A stretch of DNA of 64,000 nt from a bacterium (GTDB lineage: Bacteria; RBG-13-61-14; DATKZS01): the NCBI GenBank assembly GCA_963674965.2, contig CAXXFL010000007.1, positions 288,001 to 352,000 of the forward strand. Reading direction: 5' to 3'. Below, in pieces: positions 19,900 to 29,579 of this stretch. Both the position numbers and the translations under genes were made by a program. Under the pieces are notes generated by a model. It was given only the letters and a program-made list of their open reading frames with translations. It was not told where the DNA came from and searched no databases. Every line of letters starts with the position of its first letter. Positions within the stretch are counted from its first letter, which is position 1.

Positions 19900-20895
19900 A
19901 TGTCCATGGTCTCCTTGGGTCATGGCGATGAAATCTTGAAAACGGAGTCGCTGAAAAAGCATTTTCCGATTCGGTCGGGATTTTTCGGCGGTTCCTCAAG
20001 CTCGGTCAAGGCGGTTGACGGGGTAAGCATATCCGTCAAGCGGGGCGAGACCTTTGGACTGGTGGGCGAGTCGGGCTGTGGCAAATCGACCCTGGGCCGG
20101 ACCATCCTCCGGCTTTTCAATCCCACGGATGGCCGCGTCTTTTTCAGGGGCGAGGACGTGACCGAGAAGTCGGGCTCCGATCTTCGTCTTCTTCGCAAAC
20201 ATATGCAGATCATTTTTCAGGACCCCTATTCATCTCTCAATCCGCGAATGACGGTGGGCTCGATAGTCGGGGAGGCCCTCTCGATCCACAAGATAGTTGG
20301 CCGCTCGGATCGCAAGGACAAGACCATTTCGATTCTCCGTGAAGTGGGGCTCCATGAGGACGCCTTTTCCAGATACCCCCACGAGTTTTCCGGCGGCCAG
20401 CGCCAGCGCATAGGGGTGGCCCGGGCGCTGGCGGTCGAGCCCGAGTTTATCGTTTGCGACGAGCCCGTCAGCGCCCTTGACGTGTCGATCCAGGCCCAGA
20501 TACTCAACCTGCTCATGGACCTCCAGGAGAAGCGGGACCTGACCTATCTTTTCATATCCCACGACCTGCGCGTGGTCGAGCACGTTGCGGACAAGGTGGC
20601 GGTCATGTACCTGGGAAAGCTGGTCGAGTTCGCGGACAGGGAAGAGCTGTATCGAAACCCTCTCCATCCCTACACCATCGCCCTGCTCTCGGCCGTGCCC
20701 GTGCCCGACCCCGAGAGGAAATCGAGCAGGGTCATCCTTGAGGGAGACGTGCCCAGCCCCATCAACCCGCCGCCGGGATGCCATTTCCACCCGCGATGCC
20801 GATACGCGACCGACGTCTGCGCGAGCAAGCCGCCCGAGTTCATCGAGCACGGCAAAGGACACCTGGCGGCCTGCCATAATATACCGGTCCGCTAG
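19900..20895 (+). CDS. Oligopeptide/dipeptide ABC transporter ATP-binding protein (OppF/DppF type)
   Basis: GESGCGKST, FSGGQRQR, CDEPVSALD, HPYT, GCHFHPRC. Confidence 0.95.
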   Translation: MSMVSLGHGDEILKTESLKKHFPIRSGFFGGSSSSVKAVDGVSISVKRGETFGLVGESGCGKSTLGRTILRLFNPTDGRVFFRGEDVTEKSGSDLRLLRKHMQIIFQDPYSSLNPRMTVGSIVGEALSIHKIVGRSDRKDKTISILREVGLHEDAFSRYPHEFSGGQRQRIGVARALAVEPEFIVCDEPVSALDVSIQAQILNLLMDLQEKRDLTYLFISHDLRVVEHVADKVAVMYLGKLVEFADREELYRNPLHPYTIALLSAVPVPDPERKSSRVILEGDVPSPINPPPGCHFHPRCRYATDVCASKPPEFIEHGKGHLAACHNIPVR

Positions 20896-21012
20896 ACGAC
20901 CCTCCGCTCGATCATTTTTTCCTTGAGAATTGAAAAATCTCCTCTATCTTCTTTGTAAATGGACCCTCGGACGTAAAGACAAGTTCAATCCAACCTGGAA
21001 AGGAGTACGGCA

Positions 21013-21543
21013 ATGAAACGCGTCGCAAGCTGTCTTTCGGTCATGATTTTTCTGGCGCTGACCGCGTCAATCCTCGGATGCTCCAAGGAGAAACCAAAGC
21101 CCAATTACCTCAAGGAGTTTCCCGTCACCGGCCTTGAAGAAGTACTGGATGAAAAGCTGGTGACCTTCGATAAAAACACCTCCTCCGACGGCAACGGGAG
21201 CCTCAAGATCACGGCCGAAAAAGCGACGACCGTGAGCCTTTATGACGCGGGCGACCTGGATATCGAGGACGCCGCGCTCGAGTACTCCGCCAAACTCAAG
21301 GTCGAGGACTTGACGGGCAAGGTTTACCTGGAGATGCTTTGCCGGGTACCCGGCCAGGGGGAGTTTTTCAGCAAGGGACTTCACAACCCGATTCTAAAGC
21401 CAACCGATTGGGTCGAGCGCGAGATACCCTTTTTCTTCAAAAAGGGCGAGAACCCGGACAAGGTGGTCCTGAATCTAGTGATCGAGGGCAAGGGTACCGT
21501 CTGGATCGACGATATCAAATTATCAAAGGGACCGCTTAAATAG
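21013..21543 (+). CDS. Lipoprotein of unknown function (carbohydrate-binding-like beta sandwich)
   Basis: AGGAG RBS, lipobox ILGC, C-terminal GKGTVWIDDIKL. Confidence 0.8.
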   Translation: MKRVASCLSVMIFLALTASILGCSKEKPKPNYLKEFPVTGLEEVLDEKLVTFDKNTSSDGNGSLKITAEKATTVSLYDAGDLDIEDAALEYSAKLKVEDLTGKVYLEMLCRVPGQGEFFSKGLHNPILKPTDWVEREIPFFFKKGENPDKVVLNLVIEGKGTVWIDDIKLSKGPLK

Positions 21544-22284
21544 GGGACCGGCCAGGGGCCGAAAGGCCCCACTTGCAATGTCTCTTTCGGCCTCCCGGAT
21601 TTTATCCTCGCTGTCCAGGCCCTTCCAGTAGCCTTCATGCAGCCAGGCCGCGATGGAAGCGTCTTTACTCAGGGCTGGAATGATTCCGTCATTGACAAGG
21701 CACGAAAAGCCCTGAGAAGGAAGGAGGTCGATCAACTCCGGCTCGATCACGGCCAGTCCCGAATAGGTGAGGGCCTTTGCATCCCCCCCGCCGCCGTTAT
21801 GGAAGGGAGGTTTTCCTCCAATCGATCTAATAAAACCCCCGGCGTCAACCATGACCTCCGTGTATTGTTCCCGGTCGGCGGGACTGACCATGGCCAGGGT
21901 GGCCGCGGCGCTTGATCGCTCGTGCCTCGCCAGCAGGCTATTAAAATCGGCGTCGATAAGGCAGTCGCAGTTAATCAGGACTATGCGCTCGCGTCCGAAA
22001 AACTTCCTTGCCCGGACGATTCCGCCTCCGGTCCCCAGTATCTCCTCCTCCCTCGAGTACCTGACGTCGACGCCGAACCCGGACCCGTCACCCAGGCCCC
22101 GCTCGATCACGCGGCCCAGGTGGTGGAGGTTTATTATCACTTGCCGGAGGCCAAAAGAACGCAGAAGGCCCAGGGCGTGAACGATCATGGGCCCGCCGCC
22201 GACCGGGACCATGGCCTTGGGGACCTGGTCGGTGATGGGCCTCAGCCGCGTGCCGAAACCGGCGGCCAATATCATCGCCTTCAA
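21523..22284 (-). CDS. Nucleotidyltransferase (NTP_transferase, MurU/mannose-1-phosphate guanylyltransferase-like)
   Basis: MKAMILAAGFGTRLRPIT..PK, ILGTGGG. Confidence 0.92.
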   Translation of the reverse strand: MKAMILAAGFGTRLRPITDQVPKAMVPVGGGPMIVHALGLLRSFGLRQVIINLHHLGRVIERGLGDGSGFGVDVRYSREEEILGTGGGIVRARKFFGRERIVLINCDCLIDADFNSLLARHERSSAAATLAMVSPADREQYTEVMVDAGGFIRSIGGKPPFHNGGGGDAKALTYSGLAVIEPELIDLLPSQGFSCLVNDGIIPALSKDASIAAWLHEGYWKGLDSEDKIREAERDIASGAFRPLAGPLFKRSL

Positions 22285-22296
22285 TCGCCCGTCCTT

Positions 22297-23832
22297 TCAC
22301 TCGAGAAGAACGCGGAAGACGATTATCTCGACCTCGCCATCCTCGCCTTCCCATAGTTTGAACCGTCCCAGTTCCGCTCTCTTATCCCAGGCGCTGGGAA
22401 AAAACTTTCGCGTCCGCCTCACGGCCGGGTCCATGTCCGGGCCGCCAAGTTTCGAGGAATCGACGACAAGATGAGTAACGCCAAGGGCCTTGATCCGTTC
22501 GGGCTCCCGGTTGAACACGTTCTTCAGGTAAAAGTATCTTTGTCCTCCGTTGAAGGCCAGCGGGGGGGCCCACTCGCCGGCTAAAACGGCTTCCCCCTCG
22601 GGGACCAGAAGGCGGAGATTTTTAGCGCCCTTCTCGACCTCCAGGGGATGGGCCGCGTGCCAGACGAGCCAGGGCGGCAGATGAACGGCCAGGGAGGCGA
22701 AGGCGGCAAAGAGAACAAAACCGATCTTCGATCTATTTCTCGAACTCCCTTTTAACATACGATCCACGGCCATGGCCCCGAGGATGACGGTGGGCGGCAA
22801 TTGTACCAGGTAGAACCTGACCGACTCGTGAGCCTGGAAGATCAGGACGACCCGGGCGCTAAGCCACCAGATAACCGCGGTCACGCTTATCGCGTCCACG
22901 TATTTACCCCGCCGGAAATCGGCGGCTATTGCGCCGATCTCGATGAGGGCCAGGACCGAGGCGACGGGACTCATGAGGAAGTATCCGTTGAAAACGCCGG
23001 TGGTAAGGTTCGCCGCTACGGCCTCCCAGGTGCGGGCGGGAGAAACCCTCATCCACAGATAGGTCGGGTCGGGCCGGTAATCCATGGCGTGGCGGACGTT
23101 CATCACCGATCGGACTCGATAGTCGAAATCCAAAAAACACGCGGCCGCCATGGCCAGGACCACTAAGGTGGCCGCAACCCCGATAAGGTAATACTTCCTA
23201 TTCTCTCCGTCCGCCCGGAGGTACATAATTAGCGCTCCTCCGGCCAGGACCGGCGCGTAAACGACGGCGCTCTGCTTGGTGAACCAGGCCATGAGCCAGC
23301 AAAGGGCCGCGAGAGCCATATAGGCGGGCTGGTCCTTGGCCTTGGCCTGCAAGGCGAAAGCAACGATTAACAGTCCGTTAAGAGGCGTCTCGAGCAGGGC
23401 CAGGCGTCCATAATGCACGGCGTAGACGTTGACCGCGAAAAGGGCGGCGGCGAAAAGGGCGGCCCCGGCCGACCGCCGGGCCAGTATCCAGTAAAGGAGC
23501 AAAATGGAAAGGCCCGACCACGCAACCGCGTAGCCTCTGGCCCATTCATAGGCCGGACGTCCGAGCCTGAGCCAGGCGTAAAGGGAGTAGGTCCAGACGG
23601 GACTAAGGGTGTCCCAGTAGCGATAGTCGTCCGCCTCGTTGGCGGTCCACTTGCCCCACAGGACCCTCGACCGGGGCGCGTAGCACTTGGCCGCCTCGTC
23701 CTTGACCGGAGCGCTCGAGGAAAAACCGTTGGGAAAGATCATCGGCCCGTCCGCGTCGATATGAGCCAGCCTCAACCCGAGACCGCAAAATACAATGGCC
23801 GCCAACGCGAGGTATCTGGAAAATAACTTCAC
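22297..23832 (-). CDS. GT-C fold glycosyltransferase (GT39/ArnT-like) integral membrane protein
   Basis: About 11-13 TM helices, DE dyad after TM1, GRLALLE, FTKQ and RFY motifs. Confidence 0.75.
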   Translation of the reverse strand: MKLFSRYLALAAIVFCGLGLRLAHIDADGPMIFPNGFSSSAPVKDEAAKCYAPRSRVLWGKWTANEADDYRYWDTLSPVWTYSLYAWLRLGRPAYEWARGYAVAWSGLSILLLYWILARRSAGAALFAAALFAVNVYAVHYGRLALLETPLNGLLIVAFALQAKAKDQPAYMALAALCWLMAWFTKQSAVVYAPVLAGGALIMYLRADGENRKYYLIGVAATLVVLAMAAACFLDFDYRVRSVMNVRHAMDYRPDPTYLWMRVSPARTWEAVAANLTTGVFNGYFLMSPVASVLALIEIGAIAADFRRGKYVDAISVTAVIWWLSARVVLIFQAHESVRFYLVQLPPTVILGAMAVDRMLKGSSRNRSKIGFVLFAAFASLAVHLPPWLVWHAAHPLEVEKGAKNLRLLVPEGEAVLAGEWAPPLAFNGGQRYFYLKNVFNREPERIKALGVTHLVVDSSKLGGPDMDPAVRRTRKFFPSAWDKRAELGRFKLWEGEDGEVEIIVFRVLLE

Positions 23833-23887
23833 GCGGGACAGGGTATCATAAGCGATGGGGACGTTAAAACGGATATAGCCAGGGGCG

Positions 23888-24811
23888 CTAGATATCTATT
23901 TCCGTGACGCAGTCATGACTCCTTTTAGGTTCTTTACCCTGCAGGGATAAAACCAAATCATCGGCCAGCCATTCAACCATGCAGTCGGTGTAGCGCTTAA
24001 AGAGTCGCGCGTCGTCTTTGATGAACTGTTCGATATACTTCTCGCCTTTGGAACAGCCGTAGGCGAATTCCATATTCCAGTATAGTTTTCCCGATTTAAC
24101 GTCCACCAGGCGCGCCTCACAAATTAATACCGCCTGGGGCCATTTGGTCTTCAGCATCGACGCGATCGGGCCCGACTTCCAAGCCAGCTTGGCCAAGCCG
24201 TCATCCGAGGAGGAGTCTCCTTCCTGAACTCCCCATACATAGACGTTTAAGGAAAGCAGGGAGTCGGCGAGATCGCCCTTTTTCAAGTCCGCGATTACCG
24301 CTTTCTCCCACGATTTATACTTCTTGTTATAGCTTGCCTGAGCATTAGTATAACGTTCCATAGATATTGGATTTTCATCCGAAAAAAGCACGGGATAATT
24401 AATGGCGGCTCTGTTTAATACCGCTTGGGCCTTTTTGGACTTTTCAGTGGAAATTTTTGCCGACTCCATACTCATGTCCAAGTGTTCCTGTATTTTAGTT
24501 GCCAATTTATAATCTAAAGAGTTCTCGTAAAGTTGACTCGACAATTCTTTATCCGCCCTTAAATCCTGGTAAAAGGAGATAACGGCGCCAGTTGAATTAC
24601 TTCCAAGATACTTTTTAATTACCAATGGAATGTTGCGTTTATTTATACCCAGGTCTCCAGGATATGTATCTAACGCCAGCGCGGCCTTGTCATGAATCTC
24701 TACAATAGTCCTTTCCATTTTTAACGCGGGAGGGGTTGAGACTTTTTTAGCCCAACAACTTATGGCTATGAGCAAAAAGAACAAGGAAGCCCAAAAAAGA
24801 GTCCGCTTCAT
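23888..24811 (-). CDS. Hypothetical exported protein
   Basis: Signal peptide MKRTLFWASLFFLLIAISCWA; AT-rich codons; ATG overlaps the upstream stop. Confidence 0.75.
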   Translation of the reverse strand: MKRTLFWASLFFLLIAISCWAKKVSTPPALKMERTIVEIHDKAALALDTYPGDLGINKRNIPLVIKKYLGSNSTGAVISFYQDLRADKELSSQLYENSLDYKLATKIQEHLDMSMESAKISTEKSKKAQAVLNRAAINYPVLFSDENPISMERYTNAQASYNKKYKSWEKAVIADLKKGDLADSLLSLNVYVWGVQEGDSSSDDGLAKLAWKSGPIASMLKTKWPQAVLICEARLVDVKSGKLYWNMEFAYGCSKGEKYIEQFIKDDARLFKRYTDCMVEWLADDLVLSLQGKEPKRSHDCVTEIDI

Positions 24812-25578
24812 TTCTCGCCCCCTGAGCAAGCTTTTATCTCGGTATAGACGTCCAGGGACGCAAGGGTTTTAAAAAGATTCTCCTCGATAAATAAAGCGTA
24901 AGAATCGATCGAGTTATAATCGACGCCTTCAGGCAACTCATCCGACTCTCCGTTAAAAAAGTCGGGATATTTCTGAACGAACCAATGCTTATAAGACCCT
25001 ACAGATTTCAGGCTTTTAGATTTTTCGATTTTTTTTGATTTCTTTACGTCGAACAGAATAATCTCCATACAAAAATAATTTTGGGCGCTAATGGAGTATT
25101 CTCCACCTTCAAGTATAATGTTTGGCATCTCTTCCGTATTTAGCGAAACGGCGCCATCTTTAAACCCTTCTGGCATTGAATAAACAAGGCAGAAGATAAC
25201 ATATCCAAGATTTCGCTTGGCGGCCTCCTTAATAAGCTCCTTCTCATTTATATCCCACAACGCCCCTTTTAGACTGGATTTAATAACTTTTTCCGGGGCC
25301 AATTCGGGAACGGATGATATGTCGACGACGGCGGGAAATTCTTTTTGCATCAACTCCCCGCTAACTTTCAGAAAGATCGAGTTCAATTCCTTGTAAGAAG
25401 CATCGTCTAGGCGCTCTTGGGCTGGCAAATCCAATATCCAATAGCTGTAAAAACCGACGCCTTTTTTAAGGTCTTCGCATTGGATCTTGGACTTTTTGGC
25501 TGAGCCTGACGAACCGATCGAAAGCATCAAAGCCGCGATGAAGGCTATTACCGCCGTTTTCTTTGCTTTTTCCGACAT
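24808..25578 (-). CDS. Hypothetical exported protein
   Basis: GAGGAGG RBS, signal peptide, AT-rich codons. Confidence 0.78.
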   Translation of the reverse strand: MSEKAKKTAVIAFIAALMLSIGSSGSAKKSKIQCEDLKKGVGFYSYWILDLPAQERLDDASYKELNSIFLKVSGELMQKEFPAVVDISSVPELAPEKVIKSSLKGALWDINEKELIKEAAKRNLGYVIFCLVYSMPEGFKDGAVSLNTEEMPNIILEGGEYSISAQNYFCMEIILFDVKKSKKIEKSKSLKSVGSYKHWFVQKYPDFFNGESDELPEGVDYNSIDSYALFIEENLFKTLASLDVYTEIKACSGGEK

Positions 25579-25706
25579 GGTTTCCTCCTCAAAAATCTCG
25601 TTCTTGGGACGGCGTCCTATTAGTTGAAATGATAAACGTTTGTCCCCGGCTTTCTTAACGCCCGCGACGTTTGCGGCACGCTATAAAATGGGCCCTCAAC
25701 GCGGTT

Positions 25707-25735
25707 ATAGTATTTCACTTTAAATTCCCGGTCAA
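25707..25735 (-). promoter_or_regulatory. Putative sigma-70 promoter for 25578
   Basis: TTGACC-N17-TACTAT on the minus strand. Confidence 0.55.
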
Positions 25736-25792
25736 GCTTTGGCGTCCTCCTGATTTGGCATCCTCCTTGAAACGCGGGATATAAGAATCAAT

Positions 25793-26803
25793 TCATCTTT
25801 CATCCTCTGGTATCTCTTTGCCTCCGCTTATTTCATACGCCTTGGCCAGGGAGCGCAGGGCGGCTTCGGCCTCGTTCTCGGCCCAGAAGTCGGGGTTTCT
25901 GGGGTTGAAGGTCTCGAAGACGCCGGTGGAGCCGTTCTGAATAACGTTTACGGGCTGCAAGCCCAACTCGACGAGTATGGCCATGACCCCGCGCTCGTGG
26001 TACAGGTAGGGCTCCATTTGGCCGGGAAAGAACTCCTTTTTCCCCGGCCTGGCCAGGACCATCCACATGTAGGGGAGGTCCTTCTGGCCTCTCGCGTGGG
26101 CCAGGCACATCTTTTCATAGCGGTTTACGCACTTTAAGTTGTGGCAAGTGGGCGTGCCGAAGACCCCGGTCACGGAATGGTAATCCACCGTCGCGATAAT
26201 ATTTCTCTCGATCACGAAATCGACGACGGCCCTGGTTTCAGGCTCGGAAAGAGGGGCCGCGCCCGCGTAATTCACGCCGTCATTATCCAGTTCCTTCATC
26301 TTTTGGCCGTAGGGAACGGGGAAGTTCCGGTTCAGGTCCACCCCGTTGGCGTTCTTGCGCATTACGGACAGCTTTTCCTTTCCCCCGGTCCGGCTGGTCA
26401 GGTCGTAACCGTCGGGGTTGAGGCAGGGCAGGATATAGACGTCCATCTTGTTCAGCATGTCCCCCGTCCAGTCTCCCTCCTCGATTCCCCGCTCGAGCCT
26501 CGCGGCCGCGGCCATGGCCGCCCGGTTGGCTATCCATTCCTCGCCGTGGATATTGGCCGCGACCATGACGCCGGGGCACTTCTCACCATCTCCCGCGTGG
26601 AACCTGAGAGCCATCAGCGGCCTTCCTTCCACGCTCTTGCCGTACTCGATCAGCTCGACCCGGGCCGGGTCCCTTGCGGCCATTGCCCCGATCTCCGCGT
26701 ACATCGACTCGGTGTCCGGATACCTGTCGATCAGTTCGGCTCCCGCGGATACCGACAGCAACAATGAGGTAAAAATTACCAGCGTCCAGAATTTTCTATT
26801 CAT
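25793..26803 (-). CDS. M14-family zinc carboxypeptidase, exported
   Basis: IHGEE, RKNANGVDLNRNF, SEPET, DYHS; signal peptide. Confidence 0.92.
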   Translation of the reverse strand: MNRKFWTLVIFTSLLLSVSAGAELIDRYPDTESMYAEIGAMAARDPARVELIEYGKSVEGRPLMALRFHAGDGEKCPGVMVAANIHGEEWIANRAAMAAAARLERGIEEGDWTGDMLNKMDVYILPCLNPDGYDLTSRTGGKEKLSVMRKNANGVDLNRNFPVPYGQKMKELDNDGVNYAGAAPLSEPETRAVVDFVIERNIIATVDYHSVTGVFGTPTCHNLKCVNRYEKMCLAHARGQKDLPYMWMVLARPGKKEFFPGQMEPYLYHERGVMAILVELGLQPVNVIQNGSTGVFETFNPRNPDFWAENEAEAALRSLAKAYEISGGKEIPEDER

Positions 26804-26865
26804 TTCTTCTCTCCCGCCATGGTCCGCGATGAACGCGGCGCGGCTTCATTTCCTAAAACATAGCG

Positions 26866-28038
26866 CTACTCTTCGCCCTGATATGTTCCGTATTTGTCCC
26901 ATAGCCTTTCCTCGAGCTTTACGGCCTTTCTTCCCACCCCTATGACCCAGGTCTCGGCGTAGGGCCAGGCGACCAGCCCTCCCTTTGGACTGGAGAGCTT
27001 CGAGACCATCTCCCGGATGTAGTCCTCGATTAATGCAGGATCGTTCGTCGGGTAGACCTCCTGGATGTCCACCGAGCAAAAAAGGCATATCCTGCCAGCC
27101 GCGTTCTCCGAAAGCCAGTCCAGCCCGTTCATGTTGGGGCTGTCCAGTTGCAGGAAATCCAGACCCGCCTCGATCATATGTCCCACAAGCTCTCGGTAGG
27201 CCCCGCAAGAGTGCATGCCAAGATGCATGCCCAACTGGTGGCAGCGGCCGGCCAATCTTTTATAACGCGGCTTGAAGAATTCCTCGAAGTGGCGCGGAGA
27301 AATAAAGGACCGGTCCTGGGTCCCCCAGTCGTCCACCAGCATGAAACCATGGGCCCCGGCTTTCTTGAAGTTCCCGATTATGTCCAGGGTCATGTCGGTT
27401 ATCATGTCCAACAGGCGGTGGACCTCGTCCGGATGCTGGACAAGGTCCATCATGGCGTTCTCGAAACCGCGCAAAAAGCGGAACCTCTCCCATATGCTGT
27501 TCACGTCCACGCCCAGCCGGTAGCGGCCCCCTCCCACCAGTCTGCTCAAGGCGGCGGGGCCCTTGAAGCGGTCCCAGTCCTTCATGTCGGGAAGCTTGTA
27601 GTCCTCGAGAAGTTCCCATCCGTCCTGGAGAGGGCCTTTCAAGGTTTCGCCCAGCGACGTCCGGCCGCTGGCCTTCCAGACCGTGCCGAACTCGTCGATG
27701 GCGATCCTGTCCTCTTTAAGCCATTTCGAGTCCTTTCGCTTTTTCCATCTCCAGGCCCGGGACTGCACCGCGCCGGGATGCACGTAAGGATAGTATCCGT
27801 CCGGAGGCTGCCACGACATGGGAGGGACGTGGAAGAGGAACCAGAAGTCCCTCTTCTGGCGCGGAACCCGGTCCGGTCCCTCGAACTCGACGGCGCGCCT
27901 GACCCTCTCCCGACCGGTCATTCCCCCGGGAGGAAAAACCCGCTCGGAAAGCGCCCGAGTAAAAACCTTTACCGGCTCCAGCCTGGTCAGCTCGAGGTCC
28001 AGTCGGGAAGCGCCGAAGGGCCGGGGTCTCGGCGTCAT
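26866..28038 (-). CDS. Uroporphyrinogen decarboxylase (URO-D/MtaA-CmuA) family protein
   Basis: MTGRERV, DEFGTVW, LRGFENAMMDL, DDWGTQ, HSCG. ATG 28038 overlaps the sulfatase stop (ATGA). Confidence 0.88.
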   Translation of the reverse strand: MTPRPRPFGASRLDLELTRLEPVKVFTRALSERVFPPGGMTGRERVRRAVEFEGPDRVPRQKRDFWFLFHVPPMSWQPPDGYYPYVHPGAVQSRAWRWKKRKDSKWLKEDRIAIDEFGTVWKASGRTSLGETLKGPLQDGWELLEDYKLPDMKDWDRFKGPAALSRLVGGGRYRLGVDVNSIWERFRFLRGFENAMMDLVQHPDEVHRLLDMITDMTLDIIGNFKKAGAHGFMLVDDWGTQDRSFISPRHFEEFFKPRYKRLAGRCHQLGMHLGMHSCGAYRELVGHMIEAGLDFLQLDSPNMNGLDWLSENAAGRICLFCSVDIQEVYPTNDPALIEDYIREMVSKLSSPKGGLVAWPYAETWVIGVGRKAVKLEERLWDKYGTYQGEE

Positions 28039-29411
28039 GACAGTTCTTCCTCCAGCCTCTTCAGCTCCTTTTCCAGCTCGGTCCTTTTCTTGGCGAAGGC
28101 GGGGACCTCGAATAGATTGTTTTTCTCGGAAGGATCGGACGCCAGGTCGTACATCTCCGGGGACGGGGTCCTTTTTCCTTTCCCGTAATAGTTGATGAGC
28201 TTCCAGTCCCTGGTCCGGACGGCCTTTATGCCCGGATGAGGGAAACCGGGGTCGATGAAATACTCGTAAAAAAAGGAATCGCGCCACGCCGCGTCCTCGT
28301 CCGTTAGCAGCGGCATAACGCTTTTTCCCTGCATGTCGGCGGGCGTCGCCAATCCCGCGGCCGAGAGCAAGGTGGGCGCCAGATCGACGTTCAGCGCGAG
28401 TTCGTCAACCTTGACTCCTCCCTCCTTAATAACGGCGGGCCATCTCATGAGATGGGGAATCCTCATGCTCTCCTCATAGGCGTAGCGCTTGTCGTTGAGT
28501 CCATGCTCGCCCCAAAAGTATCCGTTGTCCCCGGCGTAAACGACTATCGTGTCCTCGGCCAGGCCGTTTCGGTCCAGCCGCTCGAGCACGCGGCCTACCC
28601 CGTCGTCAACCCCCATTAAGGCCTCGTAGTATCCCTGCGCGTTCTTATCGAAGTTGATTAGCTGTTGTCCGTTGATAATGCCGAGGGGAAGTTCCTTGTC
28701 CTTCTCTTGCACCTTCGGGAGAGGAGCGTCCTTTAACGCGCCTTTATAACGCTCGGGCGGCTCGAAAAAGGCATGCACGGCCTTGTGGGACAAATACAGA
28801 CAAAAGGGACGGTCTTTGGCCTCGTCGATATAATCCAGCGCGTAGTCGGTAAGAACGTCGGTGATGTATCCCTTGGTCTTGGTCTTTTTGCCGTCCACGA
28901 CCATGGGGCAGTCGTTATACACGCCCTGCCCTCCCGCGAAGGTAAATGATATCATGCGGTCCGCTTTTCCCTGGCCGACAAGATCGGGAAGCCCTTTCCC
29001 CGGCATGTGCCATTTCCCGATAAAGCCCGTGTAATAGCCCGCCCGCTTCATTATCTCGAGGAATGTCACGCTCGATTCGCGCCAGGGCGTGGCGTTGTTC
29101 ATGACCCCGTGGCGCCTGGCGTACTGTCCGGTCAAAAAGGACGCCCGGGCCGGGCTGCAAAGCGAGGTAGTAACGAAGGAGTTGGTAAAATGGACGCCCT
29201 CCCGGGCCAGCCGGTCCATGTGGGGGGTCTTCAGCCAGGGCTTGTCCATGAAGCCGAAGGCGTCGTATCGATGGTCATCGGTAAGGATGAAGATCACGTT
29301 CGGACCGCGCCCGGACTTGGCGAGTCCCTTCCCTGAAAGAAAGGCCCCCGCGGCCGCGCCGGCGGCCATGGTCTTCATCGCCTCTCTTCTGTCTTTGACT
29401 TTACTTCCCAT
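28035..29411 (-). CDS. Cys-type sulfatase (N-acetylglucosamine-6-sulfatase-like), Tat-like signal
   Basis: PNVIFILTDD, CSPARASFLTG, GKWH, GDNG; DRREAMK N-terminus. Confidence 0.93.
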   Translation of the reverse strand: MGSKVKDRREAMKTMAAGAAAGAFLSGKGLAKSGRGPNVIFILTDDHRYDAFGFMDKPWLKTPHMDRLAREGVHFTNSFVTTSLCSPARASFLTGQYARRHGVMNNATPWRESSVTFLEIMKRAGYYTGFIGKWHMPGKGLPDLVGQGKADRMISFTFAGGQGVYNDCPMVVDGKKTKTKGYITDVLTDYALDYIDEAKDRPFCLYLSHKAVHAFFEPPERYKGALKDAPLPKVQEKDKELPLGIINGQQLINFDKNAQGYYEALMGVDDGVGRVLERLDRNGLAEDTIVVYAGDNGYFWGEHGLNDKRYAYEESMRIPHLMRWPAVIKEGGVKVDELALNVDLAPTLLSAAGLATPADMQGKSVMPLLTDEDAAWRDSFFYEYFIDPGFPHPGIKAVRTRDWKLINYYGKGKRTPSPEMYDLASDPSEKNNLFEVPAFAKKRTELEKELKRLEEELS

Positions 29412-29579
29412 ATCGGCCTCCCAGCATACAAATACCATATCCGGCGCCGGTGGCGCCACAAGCGCCGATAATGGATTTCCGCGAGTGGCCCAAGCGACGC
29501 TCGAATCAAGACGACTTCACGAGCCAAATAAATAGCGCGAGCGAAGAGGCCCGCGCTATTGGAAACATATATAAGGCCG

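Noticed and set aside
21555-21570. GGGGCC-GAAA-GGCCCC hairpin after the lipoprotein gene
   Set aside because: No U-tract and it lies within the convergent CDS; too weak to call a terminator.
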